DNA of 64,000 nt, taken from Ylistrum balloti. Its lineage: Eukaryota. Below, piece by piece: positions 62,005 to 64,000 of the stretch; position 1 is the stretch's first letter; every line of letters begins with the position of its first letter. The translations under genes were made by a program, and so were the position numbers. Location of the stretch: positions 3,100,001 to 3,164,000 of the forward strand of contig NW_026782299.1 of assembly GCF_031769215.1 (NCBI RefSeq), in the 5' to 3' direction. Under the pieces are notes generated by a model. It saw nothing but the letters and a program-made list of their open reading frames with translations. It ran no database searches and had not been told where the DNA came from.

Positions 62005-64000
62005 TTACTGGTCTTTTGTGCTTGCTATTATTATTGAGATGATGTCGGATTGTCGTTGTGTGTTTACTAGGTAGACATTTAATCAGAGTGCATGATGCTG
62101 AGCATAATGGCATGTCAATTCAAATTTAAGGTTCCCTTGAGATTTTGTCATTACTGATCCTTCTCAATTATCAAAACGTTCATCTTATCAGGTGTATGTT
62201 TTGTATGAGTCGAAATTTTATATTATCAAATGAAACGGTTTGAGTGAGTCGAAAATTATCAAATAAAGGTTTGAGAGGGACCAAATTGATCAAATAAAGG
62301 TTTGAGAGGGTCCAAATTTATCAAGTAAAGGTTTAAGTGGGGCGAAATGAAATCTTGTCCAATGAGGTTTAGACTATGTCGAAATTAATTTATTTTGTTA
62401 TTAAATATTCATTGATATACACGTCATACATACATATTAAGATAAACATGTTCTAGAGATCGTAAATATTCATGTATGCAGTCATCATCCTAATCAAAAA
62501 TGCATATCAAATTATCTGCTGTAATATACGGCAAAGTTTGAATAAATGAATCTATTATCGTCAGAATTACACGTGCAGAGGGTTTATACAGTGGAAATAT
62601 TCGATTTAAACGAAGGAAAAGGCGTAAGATCTGAAAAAGAAACGACTGCTTTAGATACCAACTGCTAGTTTTGATCAAAAGCAAAATTCTATCACAACGG
62701 TTTACCATTAAGGCGAGTTGGTCTAAGTGTATCATGGATACTCCTAAAATGTAACATTAGAAAAATCTGTGAAAAAGTGTGTCACGCTTGATAATTTTAT
62801 AAATGTGTCAGATGATAATATTCAGATACATTTTAACACCGGAAGTACAAGATAAAACTTAAGTTATCTGGACAATTATTTACGCAGTTTTATGTTATTG
62901 TTTTCTTCTTTTTCAGTTATCTCGTGATTTGTGTCCTTAATTGACTTAGTATAAGTATTTGGTACTTCGTGTATACATATTAAATGTAATAGATTAAGAT
63001 AAATATGCATAGCTTTTTATTTTATTTTTTACCCCTCTAAAATGTGGTCAAGGCCCTGGAAACTACTTTGATAGGCCTTACTACCAGCCTATTAATCCAA
63101 ATGATTCTATCATCTATCCACGAGGTAATTTTAAAGAGTTCTGTAACCTAATGGTCACTACTGTATCACGGGGAGGGTAGATTATAATTATTAACATATC
63201 GTAAATTGGTGCGTAACAACAATCTAACTCGTTGATTTCTTCATGGACTTTTCTCTAGATAAATATACAGGTTATGATAGAGATATCTCCAAACAGAAAA
63301 CATTATTTGTATAATTTAAATAGATATTATACAATGTGTGAAATGTATCTTAAAAGAAAAAAATATTTTATTGGAAAAGATAGGAATTTTGAAATGACAT
63401 AAGATTGAGACATACGCCGGGGAAAAGAAATCGGATGCAAGACTGAAGAAAATAACTTTTTCTAATTGTTTGATGCAACAAATTGGAGGAGAAACTTCAA
63501 TTCACAAAAGACAAACAAGGCACCCTGAGTCGTCCATTTTGATGTCTAAGCCATTTAACACAGAGTTTTTCAATGGTTTTCTGTCCACGTGAAAAAGACG
63601 AATAAGATTTTGGTAACAGTTAAAATTTCAAAAAGCATTATAGATGACTGTGTGATTAAACAGCGAGATATTCTGGACAATCTAACATACACCCAATGTG
63701 TTTCATATGGAGTCGAAACCTAACCAATTACAAACATGACTATCGATGTTTAAAAGAACAATGTACGCTAATTATCAAATACCAGAGTGCCAGGTATCAC
63801 TTAATCATAATTGTCAGATCCAACTACGGTCAGTATCTGTCTGACCAGTTCGCTTATCATTTGAGTTACACAGTCGGACTCCCGAATCGCCGTTCTGTAG
63901 TTACGAGTATCAATCTATATCGTACCGAATTACAAGCTCATCATACCAAACACGTTTGACGTCTTGCTGTTGGCTAAGTTTGAACACTTGGGTCTGCATT

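Overview
This is AT-rich eukaryotic genomic DNA with spliceosomal introns and two assembly gaps. It is most likely from a bivalve mollusc (oyster-like), which I infer from the gene families and repeat types. I reconstructed six multi-exon genes by hand from GT-AG boundaries and phase continuity. Four form a cluster of secreted tyrosinase-like (type-3 copper) paralogs. Three of these keep all six copper-binding His. One, on the minus strand, has an intact ORF but has lost five of the six His and the C-terminal domain, making it a candidate pseudoenzyme. A 15-exon LBP/BPI-family gene sits inside the cluster and has an unusually non-cationic N-domain. The sixth gene is a 4-exon enoyl-CoA isomerase/hydratase-family gene ending in the peroxisomal signal AKL. 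The most striking non-coding signal is at about 171-1125: a tandem array of about 21 copies of a 45-bp unit. Its consensus is a complete minimal hammerhead ribozyme with a palindromic stem III, although every individual copy carries at least one inactivating-looking change. Three solo copies of the same motif occur elsewhere. One lies directly downstream of the 3' end of a Penelope-like retroelement family, whose decayed RT is at about 37.5-38.2 kb. The rest consists of LINE, Penelope-like and Helitron-like remnants, minisatellites and microsatellites. All calls were made by eye; no database searches were run.
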